A DNA stretch of 64,000 nt, taken from contig NC_068985.1 of NCBI RefSeq assembly GCF_001194135.2, positions 21,204,266 through 21,268,265 of the forward strand, in the 5' to 3' direction. The stretch's first letter is position 1. Each line of letters starts with the position of its first letter. Source of the stretch: Octopus bimaculoides. Lineage: Eukaryota. Both the position numbers and the translations under genes were made by a program. This document shows positions 22,309-36,951 of the stretch, piece by piece. The notes under the pieces were generated by a model, which saw only the letters and a list, made by a program, of their open reading frames with translations, was not told where the DNA came from and did not search any database.

Positions 22309-23187
22309 GATATATGTATATCATCATAGGTGAACTGGCAGTGTTGTTATAGTGCTGAATAGAATGCTTCATGGTATTTGTTGTGACTCTGTTCTCTGAC
22401 TATAAATTGCCAAGATCAACTTTACCTTTCGTCCTTTTGGGATTTGCAGTATTGTTAGGGCATTAGACAGGATGCCTTTTCATTTCTGCTCTGTGAGTTA
22501 TAAGTTCAGATCCCTGCCTCACCTTGTGACCAACTGATAAATGGTGTCAGCAATTTGAAAAGCCAGTGGAATCCCAGTATCATCTTTTCTTTTCCTTTAA
22601 CTTCATGTGGAGCATTGGATGCCAACAAGAGATCTCCATTTGTCTCAATCTTTGGCAATGAATTGCAGTTGTCTCCAGGTATAGCCACCTGTCAATGCTT
22701 CAGTTTCTGTAGACATCCACCATGTTGTTTTTGATCTGCCATCCTTGCTTTTCCCTTGGGGTGTCCATCAGGGGAAAGGGTTGCTTTGTAATGATGGAGG
22801 CAGGATTGATATACAGTAAATATTTAGTTTGGTATTTCATATTTGTGAGTTCGAAGCCAACTGAGGATGACTGTACTTTTCATTCATTTGAGTTGTTTGT
22901 GTGGAAAAATACTGCAGGTTAAGTTAGGTAGGGGTTGTATCGTTCTGCACAAACAATATCACTGCCTCAAATGACTGGAAAACAAAGTTATCCTCAGCTG
23001 GCTTCAGGCTCACACATATGAAATACTACACTAACTATTTATTGTATATCAATCTGTCAGATTTTCCTTCATCTGCCATACATGTGAGGTTTACATTCCT
23101 TTTCGCAAGTTGTTCTGGATGAAATATATTTAAAATATAGCCATTGCAAAATATAAGTAGAAACTATTTTTGATCTTAATGTAACTA

Positions 23188-23480
23188 ATCATCATCATCA
23201 TCATTTATTAACGTTCATTTTCCATGCTGGTATAGGTTGAACAGTTTGACAGTTTCCAGTGAGCCACAGGGCTGTATTGTGCTCCAATCTCATCTTTGCC
23301 ATGGTTTCTGTAGCTGGACACCCTTCTTTTTTCATACCACTGACACTAGTGAGGTTGCCAAGTAACTAGTAAGACAGGAAAGGTGCACCCACCCCCACCC
23401 CTAGGCTAAGTGGGGAGAGGTTGCTTTATGTTGGTTGTTGGCAGAGTTCAAGTATGACAGTGAGATAAGCACAGGTGTCT
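23188..23480 (-). mobile_element. SINE family A copy (older)
   Basis: (cat)n, taacgttcattttccatgctggtataggttgaacag..., ctagtgaggttgccaagtaac internal block. Confidence 0.7.
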
Positions 23481-24329
23481 TGCAATTTCTGAGTAAAGAT
23501 TTCAATATAAGAATTACCTAAAACCAAAGTAGAAAGTACATAATGAGTTGTAAAATTGTAGTACATTCCAATAACTATTTAGCTATATTTCGTTTTTTAG
23601 ATTTGGTTTGCAAGATTCTTTATGTGAGTTCGTGTGTTGAAGCATACTCTGTTGTGTCTGGGGAGAGTCATTTTCTTTTTGTGCCTTTATAATTTAACAC
23701 GCTCACCGGTAAAATTTCCACTTATTCCTTATTTTTATTTTCCTAAAATTTTCATTGTGTCTTGCAACCTTTTCAATAGTCTTGACTCTATAACAAATAT
23801 CATTAACCTTTTTGAATTTGTAAGAGTTTAGATCATTGATTCACAAAATGCATCTTGTAATAAACATCATCTTATAATGTCATCTCATTCGTTATTTCCT
23901 ACCATTGCTCTCAGTAACTGTTCTATTACTAAATAGCTGGTAATATGAAATTAAATTATAAACTGCCCATGTTGATTCTTTTATTTTAACATAATCATCA
24001 ATGAATAAAATGTACAGCTAGGATGAGAAGAAAATGAATGTTCTGTGATGGTATATGATCATTGTAAAAATGTATCTCCAATTTTTATGATGTGAATGAT
24101 TATACTCTAAAACTAGTTTAATTTTTTGGGCATTATCCCAAAGAATTTCATGCCAAAATATATTACCATATGCTCACAACCATTTCATAAAGCACATTGG
24201 AAAGTGAGCAATTTGTAATTATAGAGAATAAACCCTATTTGAATGGTTACGTTTACATACAATGCATAGTAAAGCAAAAAGCAGATCCAAACCTCCTGGC
24301 CAATTCTCCCACCTTTTCTCAGACATTCA

Positions 24330-26140
24330 AGGACTTCTCTCCACCTAGATTCCACATATCACCACTTACACAACCACACATATCCTATTTCTTTCTAAGA
24401 CACAAATTTCATGACCCCAGTTTACAACTCATCTCAACAGTCCAGGATAAATTCTTACTCAAATTTCACCCCAAAAGGTAGTGGCTACACATGTATAAGC
24501 TCCATTCTTCCTGTCTCTCACCTGTATTTCAACAGTAACAACATCCAGTTACTCTGGCTCAAAATCTCCCTCTTTCATTCTCCTAACTACATCTTCTATC
24601 ATTCTCTGAACTCCTTGAACCACCTTCTACTCAACTACATTTCCTCCTTCATTGTGAACATCTACCTCAGCTTTCCTTTCTCCAAATTTATCACCCTCAG
24701 TGACTTCAGTGCTCACAACTCCTCATGGCCCTCACTCCTTATCATCCCACACCTTCTGAATTATTTGCTTTTCTCAACTCTTTGCACCAACTTATTTCAT
24801 TCCCTACTTGCATTCCAGACTGATACACTGACATCCCAAATGCTGTTAATCTCTTTCTGTCCTCAAAACCTAACCTCTACTAACCCATGACAGTCTGGGC
24901 ATCTATCAAGTCCTCTGATCACTGCCTCATCACAGCTACCTAACACACAGTCACATACTTCAGTGTCCTTCCCCATCAAGTTTTAAATTTAACAGTTTAA
25001 GTTAGATAACTGGTTGGGGCTCCACTAGTTTTATGCCACTTATACTCGGCAGCATTTACGCTTTACTCCAGACCCATCAAAAACAGTTATAGTGGGATGA
25101 CGGAAACCATCCTTTTGGGTATGTCCCTCCACATTCAACACAGCAAAATCTGAATGTGTTAAATACCCCATACAATTTACTCATAACTGCATTGTAGCTG
25201 TTTGGGTAAAAAACAAGGCCAATAACACTTGGAGAATCTCATGTACTCCCTAAAAGTATGTGATGATCACCTATTTGTGCAACTCTTATAATAGTGTGCA
25301 AAAGGTGCATTTGTGTATCACAAGGACTTCAAGCTTTCCTGTCTCCCAAGCTGCAGCAATCCTTGTGTCTTTTCAAAAGAGTCTCCAACTTTATGGAGTT
25401 TTCTTCTTGTCTTCTAAGTGAAGTCTCCCTCCATGGAGAAAGCCATCCCCCTTCACTGCATGCTTTGCATCCAACTTTACCTACACACCTTTGGCCAATC
25501 CCCTCCTTATCTACCCCATTCCACTCCACCAGGCTCCCCACCCTACTTGCAGATATACTAAGTGCAGAAATATTGTCAACTGCTTCAAACAACACAAATA
25601 TCAGCTCTGACAATGTTACTTCTATTACACTCAAATATTGCACCCCAGGACTTGCTCTTGTATTCATCAAACTCTTTGCTCTCAAGTTTTTTCAGGGTTA
25701 TGCTGTAACACTCGGAAACACACTTTTGTGTGTCCCATTCCAAAGAAAAGCAACTCCCCTCAACTGGTCCCTATCATTCTATTGCTCTCATTTCTAACAC
25801 CTTTAACATAATGAAAACAGCCATTAACAATGACATTCTCTAATACCTTGAAACTATTACTCTCTCCTTAGTGACTACCAGTACAGCTTCAGCAGAGTTG
25901 GATACACCAGAGACCTTCTTTTACATCACTTGTCAGTGGGTTCATGCTTTACAGAAGGGACTGCTGTATATATCAACTGAACCATTGAGCATGTCTGACA
26001 TTCCAATCCATCAAATTTTAACACTTACTAATTACACTTATCTCTCATCCCTTAGATCAGTAGCTTCCTATCAGATAGCACTATCGCAGTATGCATTGAT
26101 AGTGCTTTCTGCTTCACACAATAAGTTTCTGATAAGATTA
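24330..26140 (+). mobile_element. Degenerate CR1/Jockey-type LINE ORF2 (APE endonuclease plus start of RT)
   Basis: ITLSDFSAHNSSW (GDFNAHNxxW-like) and SSDHCLIT endonuclease motifs; RT-like LKYCTPGLALVFIKLF, CVPFQRK/PIPKK, YHSIALIS and LSDYQYSF in the correct order, with stops and frameshifts. Confidence 0.8.
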
Positions 26141-26990
26141 TTCTATGAATCTACTTTCCAGTTTTGATGACTGCTTCAGTGCTGGACCAGAAGCATTGAC
26201 ATGCTTGCGCTAAATGGTCCTTATTCGTTTCAGGCATCAACTGGACAATAGCAGCAATCAGTGAAGGTATGGTAGTGTAAGGATGTCATTTGGTCTCCTT
26301 TTCAACAACACTCTAAACATAGAAGTCCATGGGATTTAAATTTGGTGAATTTGCAGGCCACAACTTTGGTATTACATGATCACAATAATTGTCTGACATC
26401 CATTCTTGGGTTACATGGGCTTTGTGAGAAGGTGCTGTGCCATGTTAAAATATGCACAGCCTTTCACTGCACACTTCATCCATCCAGAGCTTAACAACTG
26501 TCTCCAGCATCTCAACACATTAATTCTAAGATCTTGTAGAAAGGTATAAAGTGACATGATGTGACCTTTGTTACTCACCATTTTTACAACTACCACAGTT
26601 TCTGGAAACTTAGTGTGTAATTCTGGAGACATTAGAAGGTTCTGCATATAACCATCTGTCATTTCCCTTGTTTGATTTTTGGTCTTGATGGGAGATTTTT
26701 TTCATCAGAGAAGAACCAAAGCATGTCATGTTTGTGAGGGGTTTTAACCTGTAAGTAACTACTTTATGTGGATCAAATAATTTTCTTGTGTCTTTGCAGA
26801 CATGAACTGACCACTCCTTTGTACATACAACTTGTATGAAGTGTCTTTATGCACTTCAGTTCTGATAGTCCATTCTGACCCCTGAAGCTTTTTAGTGGTG
26901 GCATCGATTGATTTTTCAGGATCATCATTGATAGTGTTTTGAACCCATTTGATGAATCACAGTGTCCAAAACTGATTGAAAAAAGTTCAA
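26140..26990 (-). mobile_element. Decayed DD37D (maT-type) transposase
   Basis: Minus strand: VSNKGHIMS (VSNEGHVM-like) and PKLWPANSPNLNPMDFYV*SVVEKETK*HPYTTIPSLIAAI; paralogous to the 5385-5800 element. Confidence 0.75.
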
Positions 26991-27019
26991 AGAGCTTCTA
27001 CTAGTAACAAAGTGAAGGG

Positions 27020-27230
27020 AAAATTGTATGACACTTATGTTAGAACTGTGGTGCTACATGGTAGTGAGACATGGGCCTTGAATGTAGAGGACTTGAAATG
27101 ACTAGAAATAAAAGAAGCTAGCATGATCCTTTGGATGTGCAAATGTGTTGTGTAAAACTGGGCATGAGAGGAATCAGATGTAGTACACAAGAAAGACTGC
27201 ACTGATATGGACATATGATGCATATGTAAT
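27020..27230 (+). mobile_element. RTE-clade LINE C-terminal fragment
   Basis: VKGKLYDTYVRTVVLHGSETWALNVEDLK*LEIKEASMILWMC matches the RTE pattern KGxLYxxxVRxxMLYGSETW. Confidence 0.7.
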
Positions 27231-27439
27231 TAGTTGTGAACAGAACTGCATACTTCACCAGCTTTTGCCTGATACCACTAATTTTTCTCTCTACCCAGAA
27301 CTATACACTCTTCCAATTTCTACCCACCCACACTTTCCATTCTCCTCTTCCTATCTACTTCTACTCACCTTGTATCTTATTTGTCTACCCTGACATTTCC
27401 TCTATTTTCATCTCTTTCTAACTCCACCTCAGCCACTCC

Positions 27440-27833
27440 CACCCTCTCTTTTGTCATGTGAGTAACCATGTAGATACTCTACAGCAAGAAACCTGTTTCA
27501 TTCTGGACCCTTCTCTCAAACCGTAACCCTTCATCTCACAGCATAAAGCTGCCTCTCTCTGTACTGTAGTCCTACTCAGTCAAAGGGGATCGTTGTCTTG
27601 TGAGCTATATGGTTACCTCAGTAGTGCTGGTACCATGAAAAAAAAGCACCCAGTAAAGGGATTAACATTAAGAAAAGCATCCAGCTGTAGAAGCCATGCC
27701 AAAGCAGACGTTGGAGCATGACAGTTTTCCAACCTGTTGGATCTTGTCAAACCATTCAATCCTTGTCAGAATGGAAGACAATTTCCCATTCTATCCTTGT
27801 CAGTAATAAATGATGGTGATTATGATGATGATG
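27440..27833 (+). mobile_element. SINE family A copy (older, with internal segment)
   Basis: tacagcaagaaacctg...aaaaagcacccagt...gcatccagctgtagaagccatgcc...(gat)n. Confidence 0.65.
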
Positions 27834-30800
27834 TTTATATGGATTGGTTTATTTTTTTAAATTCCTCTTAATGAAGAAAGAGTTGTTCATTTTGTTCTAC
27901 ATCAATGTGATATTCTTCAAGCCAGATTGTTTTGAAATCTAAGCATTTGTGTGAATTTGAGCAAATGTTTTGTAATTAGATGACATTGCTCATATAGCTG
28001 CATGTCTCTAATTTAGCAAGGATAATAAACTCGATGTAAAAGCTAATTTTGATAAATAATTTATTTTTCCATATATTACATATCAACTTGTGAAAAAAAA
28101 AAAAAAGTATGAAAAGATAGCCAGAGAAAACTTCACTATGCTCTCTAATTCAAAACAATTCCTTTTAGTAAAACATTAACAGCCTAGCTTTATGATGGAT
28201 ATGAGAGGGGAATTCACAATGGACATGAATAGATTATTTCACTTAATAAACCTTTTATACTGAAATAATATAAGCTTCAGTCATTTCCAGAAGAAAAAAA
28301 AGAAGCATCATCTAGTGACTGCCTAATGCTTTATATTAATATATTTATATCAACTGTTACAGATAGATATTGCTATTAAAAGATATTGTTCGAGTCTATT
28401 GGTAATGGCTTACAATCATATGTGCTCACTGATAAGGGGTCTTTGTAGTTTCTTTTCCTTATCCTTTAACCGCTACTTCTCTGAATTTTACAATGATCTT
28501 TCAGGATAAATTTCTGCTCTCATTAGTAAATATTGATCTTGTTGATTGATTCTTGTTTAATTCATGGCAAGTTTGCTGAAATCGGCATGTTTTATTTCCT
28601 GATATGCTACTATATTAGCGTGGCCATTTGAAAATCTAATTATATCATAATAACTAGAAGGTTATTGTTAAAACATTAACTTTTTTCATATTCTGTAGTT
28701 GTAGTGTTTGAAGAGGAGCTCAAATGAAACCACCCTCCATTGTTCATTACTCGAATGGAAAATAGGAGAGTGCATTTTCCTTAGTTTCTATAAATTTTAT
28801 GAAGCAAGAATAATTACCTTATTTTCAATGAAAATTATTCTAAACAATATTTACACAAAAGAAATTCATTAAGTCATTTCTGTCCAGCAATACTAATAAA
28901 GACTTTGCTTTACTGAGGAGGTCTAATAAGATAGAAACGTACTCAGAGTTGTCATGGTGCTTCCAAGATAAGGTTTACTCCCTATTGCATTGCCTATATT
29001 CTCTTTTTAACTAATGAAAATCTCAGGTGGTTCTTTTTGCTTTTCTTGACCAGAATTGACGATACAGTTATTCTTTTTTTCTCTTATCACAGGTACAATT
29101 TTGATTAGAATCTCTTTTACTCTCTATGTTTAATATATTATTAGTTGTATTTAGGACAATTAAGTAATTTGGCATTTGAGTTGGTGGCTGGAGTTGACTA
29201 AATTAAGGTCTTTATTGGAGACAGTTTGTTCCTACATTTCTAGCTTTATACTCCAGTAGATTTATGCAAAAGTTGTTTTCTATTAAGCAATATACTAGGC
29301 TGTTCTATCTGGAGATAGTAAAAACGTACCAGACATAACAATTTCTGAATGCCTTGTTGTACATTGAAGCTAAACTCAGATCCTCCTTTTGATCTTTGCT
29401 TGGTATTATATCATTTCTTTTATGCTCCTCAGGCACTTGAGAAAAAGCCTGAATATCATATAATCTCCTATCTCCGGTCCTATAAATCTAAAAACTTCTT
29501 CCTATATAATACATTATTGAGAGATTTAGTTAGTATTGAGAATAATGAGTCCAACTAAGTTTTTTTTAGTGTTTACATCACTTACTCATTGTCCTGGGTG
29601 AGCATATTAAAATACTACCAAGATTTGTTAATTCTCTTGCAGATTTGTAAAATAATTATTAACCTAGTGGAATGAACTAGACATGCTCCACTCATTAAAA
29701 AAACCCTGCTTACTTGTAGCTAAGAAATCATCAACTTTTACCTTCATCGTCATGCAAGAAATCAGTTTGATTCCAGTAGTATAGCACATCAAATTAAATG
29801 CCTAATAATTTGAATGCATAACATGCATATTTTCAGAGACATATATGTTATTTCTGATGGGTATTTTTGTACTCTTAGATCAATATTTTTGTTTGCTTTT
29901 CCTTAGTTTTGATCTGAGATCTTACTGAGTTGGCTTTAACTTTGAGAATTCTAAAATTATACATGAAATAGTGAAGGTGTGTGGCCTAGTGTTTAGGATG
30001 TTCCACTCACATTCTTGTGATTGTGGTTTCAATTCCCAGGCTGAGTGATCTATCTTGAGCAAAATACTTCATTTCCAATCCACTCAGCTGTAGTTGAGTA
30101 ACTCTGCAATGAGCAGGTATCCCATTCAGGAGGAATGCTGTAGTCTGAGTTACTTATATGCCATGGAAACAAGGTAACTGGCTCTGTGAAGCCTAGGTTT
30201 CAAAACCATAATGTCAATGCATTTATGATGTAATATACTGTGATTGAGTCAACAATATGATCTCCTTAAAACAGCTTTGCAGTAAATCAAAAGAAATTAT
30301 TATTGTAATATGTGTTATTGAAATTTTAATTTTTGGTAATAGATAGAACGCTTTAGATCTTCCACAGACAACCTCTTTAATGTTGTTGGCCTGACGAAAT
30401 GCACTCAGTTCACCTCATAAAATATGTTGTGTCAGGAAAGCATCCAATTGTTTAAACCATCCCACGGTAACAATGATCAGAAGCAGTGTTGGGTCAATAT
30501 GGGGCTTGTTGGAGATGACTTCTCTAATGGAACAAATATGTCCAATTTCAGAGACAGAATGCAATGAAGAGCAAAGCGCTATGAGACTTGTACAACCCAT
30601 GCCAGCGTAGAAAAATGGGCATAAAATAAGGATGATCACTGGCATAAGCAAAGTAATATTTTTATAAAATATGAATTATAGATCATTGTCTTCACTTCTT
30701 CAGTGACCTTTTATATGCTGGTCACAGAATGTCAACAGGGGAAATTTCTCCAGCTGTTTGCTAAGATTAAATTGATCCACAGAAAATAAACTGACTTTAT

Positions 30801-31189
30801 TTAGAACTTGCTAATGTTCCTTTATTAAAACAATATATTTAGTTGCCCAATTGTATTATAAACATCTTTCATATCAAGATAAATATTCATTTACTGAGAA
30901 TTGATTCATTACAAACACTTAAGTATTTATTTAGTGTGAATGTAAAATATAATAAATTGAATTTTTGTTAGCAGCAGTGTTGGAAACCATCTAATCTATA
31001 AATGATTTATGATTAAATTGGTTTTACTAGTAGCTGGCTTTTGTGTATATGTGGCATTTTATACACTTGTTAATTAACCTACTATTTACAGTATTTAGCT
31101 TTGGTTAATTTCTGTTTCAAATATTGAAGTAGATTCAGCCCTGTTGTAGATTTGTTATTAGAATATTAATCTTGTAATGATACTTTATC

Positions 31190-31570
31190 ATCATCATCAT
31201 TTAGACTTCCACTTCTTTTCCATGCTCGCAAGAGTTGGATGGAGTTTATTGAGGCAGATTTTCTACTGCAGGATGCCCTTCCTGTTGCCACTTCTTACTC
31301 ATTTGCAAACAAGGTAATATTTCCCAACGACCAAACAAACGTGTTCCCAGAATATTGGAAATGAATGACATTCATTTACAAGCACTCACGCTCGCACACA
31401 CATACACACACACAGATATTACAGTGTGTTTCTTTCAGTTTTCATCCACAAAATCCACTCAGAAGGCTTTGGTCAGCCTTGGACTATAACAGAAGACTCA
31501 AGGTGCTGCACTGTGGAACTGAACTCCAGACCACATGATTAAGAAGCAGGCTTCTCAACCACACACCCAT
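31190..31570 (-). mobile_element. Family A tail plus tRNA-headed SINE family C (degraded)
   Basis: (cat)n block, then ttctttcagttttcatccacaaaatccactcagaaggctttggtcagcc...ggaactgaactcc; shared with 38040-38357. Confidence 0.65.
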
Positions 31571-34284
31571 ATAACGACCTACTATAGCCTATCAATGTGT
31601 TTGTTATATTTCCTTGAACTTAGATCCTGGATGAAAATTATGCTTTCATTGTAGCCTTGGTAAAATACCTGTTTGGACCTTTTTCAGTAAAGGAATTTTT
31701 AACTCAGACTTAATGGAAATTTCCAACAAATCAGTTTTTACATTTCTAGCATTGTTATAATTTTCCAGACAATTGAATGTAATATTCTGCCAAATATCTT
31801 CTTTGCATTTATGAAAATTTAATATAGTAAATTTTACATTTATATACAAGAGGTGTCTGAAATTTAACTAACATGGTCACTTAAAATTTCATCTATGATT
31901 GATTTGAGATAAATGTTATTCATACTTCTCTTCTTATCAGTTGAAGTATTTAACTTTGTATTTACATGAAAAGAAAAACTAAATTTAGTAAAAGGTAGTT
32001 TGAATCTATAAATTTACTTAGATGTAAAGAGGAGTATTTGATATGTGATATTTAAGGTTATTATACGATATTTAAGTTTAATACTGCTGAGTCCGTTAGT
32101 TAATGTTCAGATAGGTTTTCCAAAAAAGTCACATTTAGCACTATCTTAAATCTGATGATCTAACAATAATTGGTGTATAATAGTGCCAAGTACTATAGCT
32201 ACAACATATAGACAATTGCTGTTTATAAGTTATACATGTATGTTTTATTTTTATTAGCTTAATTTTAACAAATAAGGCAGTGCTCCAGTATGGCCGCAAT
32301 CAAATGACTGAAACAAATAAAAGAATAAAACCATAAGTTATGTACCTCTATTGCGTTGTGTAACTATATTTTGGTTTCTTTAATGATTCTAAATAGTTTT
32401 ATTTCATTTTGGTTAATTTCAAATATGATAACTGTAGAATTGTTGCAAGCTCTTGTCATCCTAGCTAATTTGTCATAAGTTTAGACGTCTTAATTTCTTT
32501 TTTAACTGTTTGAGCATGTTAAAAATTGTGTTTCTCTGGAAGTTTTCAGATTTCTTAACATTGTCTTTATCTAAGGTTTACTGAAACATGCATTAGAAAT
32601 ATAGACATAAAGTTATGAATCAACTAAATAAAGAGAAATGGAGAGAAAAAAAGAACAAATTATTGGACGAATTAGGTAATAAATCAGAACCAGGTTATTG
32701 CTTGATATTTAAGATAGAATATATTTTGGGTTTGTTTTGAGATATAGAAAAATAGGAATCTTATGTGTGATCATATGCTTCAGAAGTTCACTTCAGAATC
32801 ATGTGATTCTTAGTTCAATCTCATTACATCACTCTTTGACCAAATGTTTTCTCACATAACTTTGAGTGAAATTGAATTGGTGGAAACTGTGCTGAAGCCA
32901 ATTAGTTGAACTGTACCTGTTCTTGGTTCACATACTTACTTTGTTATGCAACTGAGTACCAACACCTAGCTCATGCATGTCTTTACTAGAACTCACTCTG
33001 TTGCTAGCATTTGGACCTTTAGTCTGAAAGTAACCTGATACCTTCTCTGCTTTTACCCACTTATCTCAGAGGACCTGGAAAGAGTCAAAGAACTATCCAT
33101 TCTCCTCATGATTAAACCAAAAAAATAATAAATAAATAATAATTCTAATCACTTGACAGAGAAACAGCTTCTACCTTACATTTTAACAATCAGGAAGCTG
33201 GTTCTCTTCTTAATTTAAGATGACTATGATCAAAGAGATCTTGCTCTTTCTCTTATATAGGAAATATTTGACCTCCCCCACCCCACTTTTTTTTTTTTTA
33301 GTGAATTGTAAGTTGCTCAGGCAGAGCCAAGTCTTTTGGGACTGTTTTGGAAATAAAGTTTGCTGAATAAATTGTAGTTTACGTCATGAAGGATTATTAG
33401 GAGTGATTCATGAGAAGCTGTGTAACCCCAGGTCAAAGTTAGGATGTCATGTGGTTCTTCTTTTGAAATAAAGCTTGCACTTTATACATTCAAATGTTAC
33501 TGAACTACCAAGTTACCATTAGAAAACAGTGACAATTCTTTTTTATAGAAATAGTTGACTAATTGAAGCTTTATGATATCAGCTGGATTTACCAGGAAAA
33601 TAGAAAGTATCATTTTTTTTATAGGAATTAAAAATTTGTGAAGATTGTGAAGAAAAAGAGTCAAAGATATGACAGATTTGGGGAAAAGTAAGATTGACTG
33701 GGTGTCATAAGTATTGATCAAGTTGACGCTTCATCATCATAGAATCTCAAGACAAAGAAACACACACACACACACACACGTGCGTGAGCGTGCATGTATA
33801 TGCATGATACATACATACATACAAAGAAACAGAGAAAGGAAGAAAGAAAGAAATCAACCAACTTGTTCGTTGATGGGTTAGAAATTTATATTTCACTCTT
33901 GGTGCTGGGTACTCTGAGCAAAGCTTTGAAGTTTACTCTCTTTTATATATTATCTGAGAGAGCATTTAAAAAAAAAAAATTCAAAATGACAGCTTGAGGA
34001 TGAAGCTTTAAACTAACTAGAATCAAATTAGTAGTTTGTTGGTTTATAGCACCCAGATCAATTCAGTTTTCTCATCTGATTAGCATGATTTAGTAAAGCT
34101 TATTTTATAGTCTACCTAATTTACCCAGTGTCTCCCTACCTATCATGTAAATAGTTATGGTTCACATTGTCATTGAAGCTTTCAATGTAAAACTTTTTTT
34201 ATGTTACATTTACTTTGATCTAATGTGTTGTTTTCGTTTTTTTTTATGATAACCAGTTTTTCACACTTCCTATTTGCACATCTC

Positions 34285-34840
34285 ACCATCAGCATCATTT
34301 AACATCCACTTTTCCATACTTGTATGGGTTGGACAGAATTTGTTGATGTAGATTTTCTATGGCTAGATGTCTTTCCTGTAGCCATCCTCACATGTTTCCC
34401 AAGTAAGATAATGTTTTCCCAGAGCTAAGCATAGTTTTCCCATGGAAGACTGAAACCAAATGACCTTGCTTGTGTGGTGATGATGCACATTTACAATCAT
34501 CACATGATATCAAGACAAGGTACATATACACACACACATATCATCATCATCATCATCATCGTTTAACGTCCGCTTTCCATGCTAGCATGGGTTGGACGAT
34601 TTGACTGATTAAATATGTATATATACACCACGGTGGTGCATGACTACAGCTGCATGGCTGAAGCAAATGAAAGAATAAAAGAGTACAATGAACTTTTTTC
34701 AGTTTCTACCTACTAAATTCACTCGTGAAGCTTTGATCAGACCATGACTATTATAGAAGACACTTGCTCAAAATATCATACACTGGGATTGAACACAAGA
34801 CTACATCGTTGGGAAATAAGTTTCTTAATCACACGATCGT
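34285..34840 (-). mobile_element. Nested SINE cluster (old family A, truncated young family A at 34540-34607, family C)
   Basis: Three recognisable blocks in series. Confidence 0.7.
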
Positions 34841-36579
34841 ACCTACTTTAAGCTTCTGAGGGTTTTTTTTTTTTTTGTTGTTTGTTTTCCCAGTTTATAT
34901 TCAACTGATTTCAACATCTTAGTTCTGATGATGATTTTGTTGTTTCCAAGCTTAGTCAGTCACGTTCTCTATCTTTTTTATCACCATAATGTTGCATATA
35001 AAATAACCTTGGTATAAGAAAGATTTAGAGAAAACAAATCTTTAAAGACTAGCGTTCATGAGAAGAGTTTGATTGTTAAATTTGTCACATATGCAATTAG
35101 TAAGATTGTGTGTGTATTGGTTTATAAATATATTTGATTAGTCATTGCATTAAAAGTAACACTATTTCAAATCATTTCACATAGGAATTATTTCTACAGA
35201 CTGGTATAGTAAGGTGTGTAATATATAATTTATTTCCTTTGTGATAAATATTGACTTTTTTTTTATGAAAAGGACTAATTAGATTTTACTATTAAGAGGA
35301 CATAATCTTCTCTGCTTCCCAGTAATAATTTTTCTTTGTGCTTTTCTGTAGTTCAGTTTATGTGAACCTCACTACTTGATCCAACTCTTGCAGGTACCTT
35401 ATCAGTTGCTTGGTTAAGATTATGTTTAAGAAATACCTGCAATTCCTGCTTTAACTTCTAATAATCTGCTTGTGAAATATTTAATACATGCATGAGTCAT
35501 TTACCAGTTCTGGCAATCATATTTGTTTATATGGATTAAATTTTCAGTTTTGCTCTAAGAAGTATTATTCTCAAAGAGAGTAGTAATAACATTGCATTAT
35601 TCTTAAAGAGAGTGGTAATAACACCTTCTTCTCAAAATTCTAAGCCATTTTATCTCTGAGCAGTTCCCACAAAACTTTGATCTGCAGGTCTTGTGGGATC
35701 TACTTTTGGGTTTTTTTTTTTTTTTTACATTTGTGGAATGGTGTTGTTCTCTTGATCTATAAGCAGTGCTCTGTGAACTTTTTTTTCACTTGCGAAACAC
35801 TTATAATCTTTTCAAAATCTTGCAACATACCTGAACTAAAAATATAACTAAAAGTATAGGGAAAAAATTATATTCAGGTTACATTGCGGAACACCTAGTA
35901 TCATCTCGTGGCACACCAGTGTGCTGTGGCATACTGGTTGCAGAGCCCTAATCTATAACATTGTCAACACTATGTAATTCTTAACATCCCACTGAAAATT
36001 TTCTAAGTGAAAAACCCAGTCCTGTAATGATCCCATTTTAGAACAAGAATAAAAATGTTAAAGAAAGGTATTAGAGTTTCCTCCTTTACACTAGAGAGTT
36101 TCTCACTTCCTTCAAAATGAGTGTAAATAAGGTTAGTACATGCATTTCACAACTGGCTGATTGATGCAACCATGTGTGACACAGGAAGTTAAGAGATGAA
36201 GTACTGCATAAAAAAAAAATAATGAAATTACTTGTTTCACAAATATTTTATGCATAAATAAATTTCAATATCTTGCTCTTTTACATGCTTTCCAGGAATC
36301 CATTTACTCCTGAACTTACTGTGTTTACTAATTCATTCCCATATGTAAAATAATACTCAGTAATCTAATACCTACAGCAAGAAGTTTAAATGCTAGAAAC
36401 AATAGATATTATATTACAGTCCACCTTGCATGTAATTGAGGTCTAGCCTCTAGAGCCTAAGCTCTTCCTTTTCTACTCTTACTTTTTATTACTCAGTGAG
36501 ACTACCACAAGATCTTGAAATCCTCTAACGTCGTCTCCTTCATTGGACACAAAACTTGGCTTGCAAAGTCCTGTTGGGG

Positions 36580-36951
36580 CAAGCAAAAGCAAAATCGTGA
36601 TGGCACCTGTGCCCAGCGTCGCCTTCCTGGCACTTGTGCCGATGGCATGTGTAAAGACATTCAAGCAAGATCGTGCCAGTGTCACTGGACTCTCTCCTGT
36701 GCAGGTGGCACGTAAAATACACCATTTTGAGTGTGGCCGTTGCCAGTACCACCTGACTGGCCTTCGTGCCAGTGGCATGTAAAAACGCCCACTACACTCT
36801 CAGAGTGGTTGGCATTAGGAAGGGCATCCAGCTGTAGAAACTCTGCCAAATCCGATTGGAGCCTGGTGTAGCCATCCGGTTCACCAGTCCTCAGTCAAAT
36901 CGTCCAACCCATGCTAGCATGGAAAGCGGACATTAAATGATGATGATGATG
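36580..36951 (+). mobile_element. SINE family A young copy with ~60-bp tandem units
   Basis: gtgcc...ggcacgtaaaatacaccattttgagtgtggccgttgccagt units followed by the conserved 3' block and (gat)n tail. Confidence 0.9.

Noticed and set aside
33158-33207. 15-bp imperfect inverted repeat
   Set aside because: Short enough to be expected by chance in 64 kb of AT-rich DNA.
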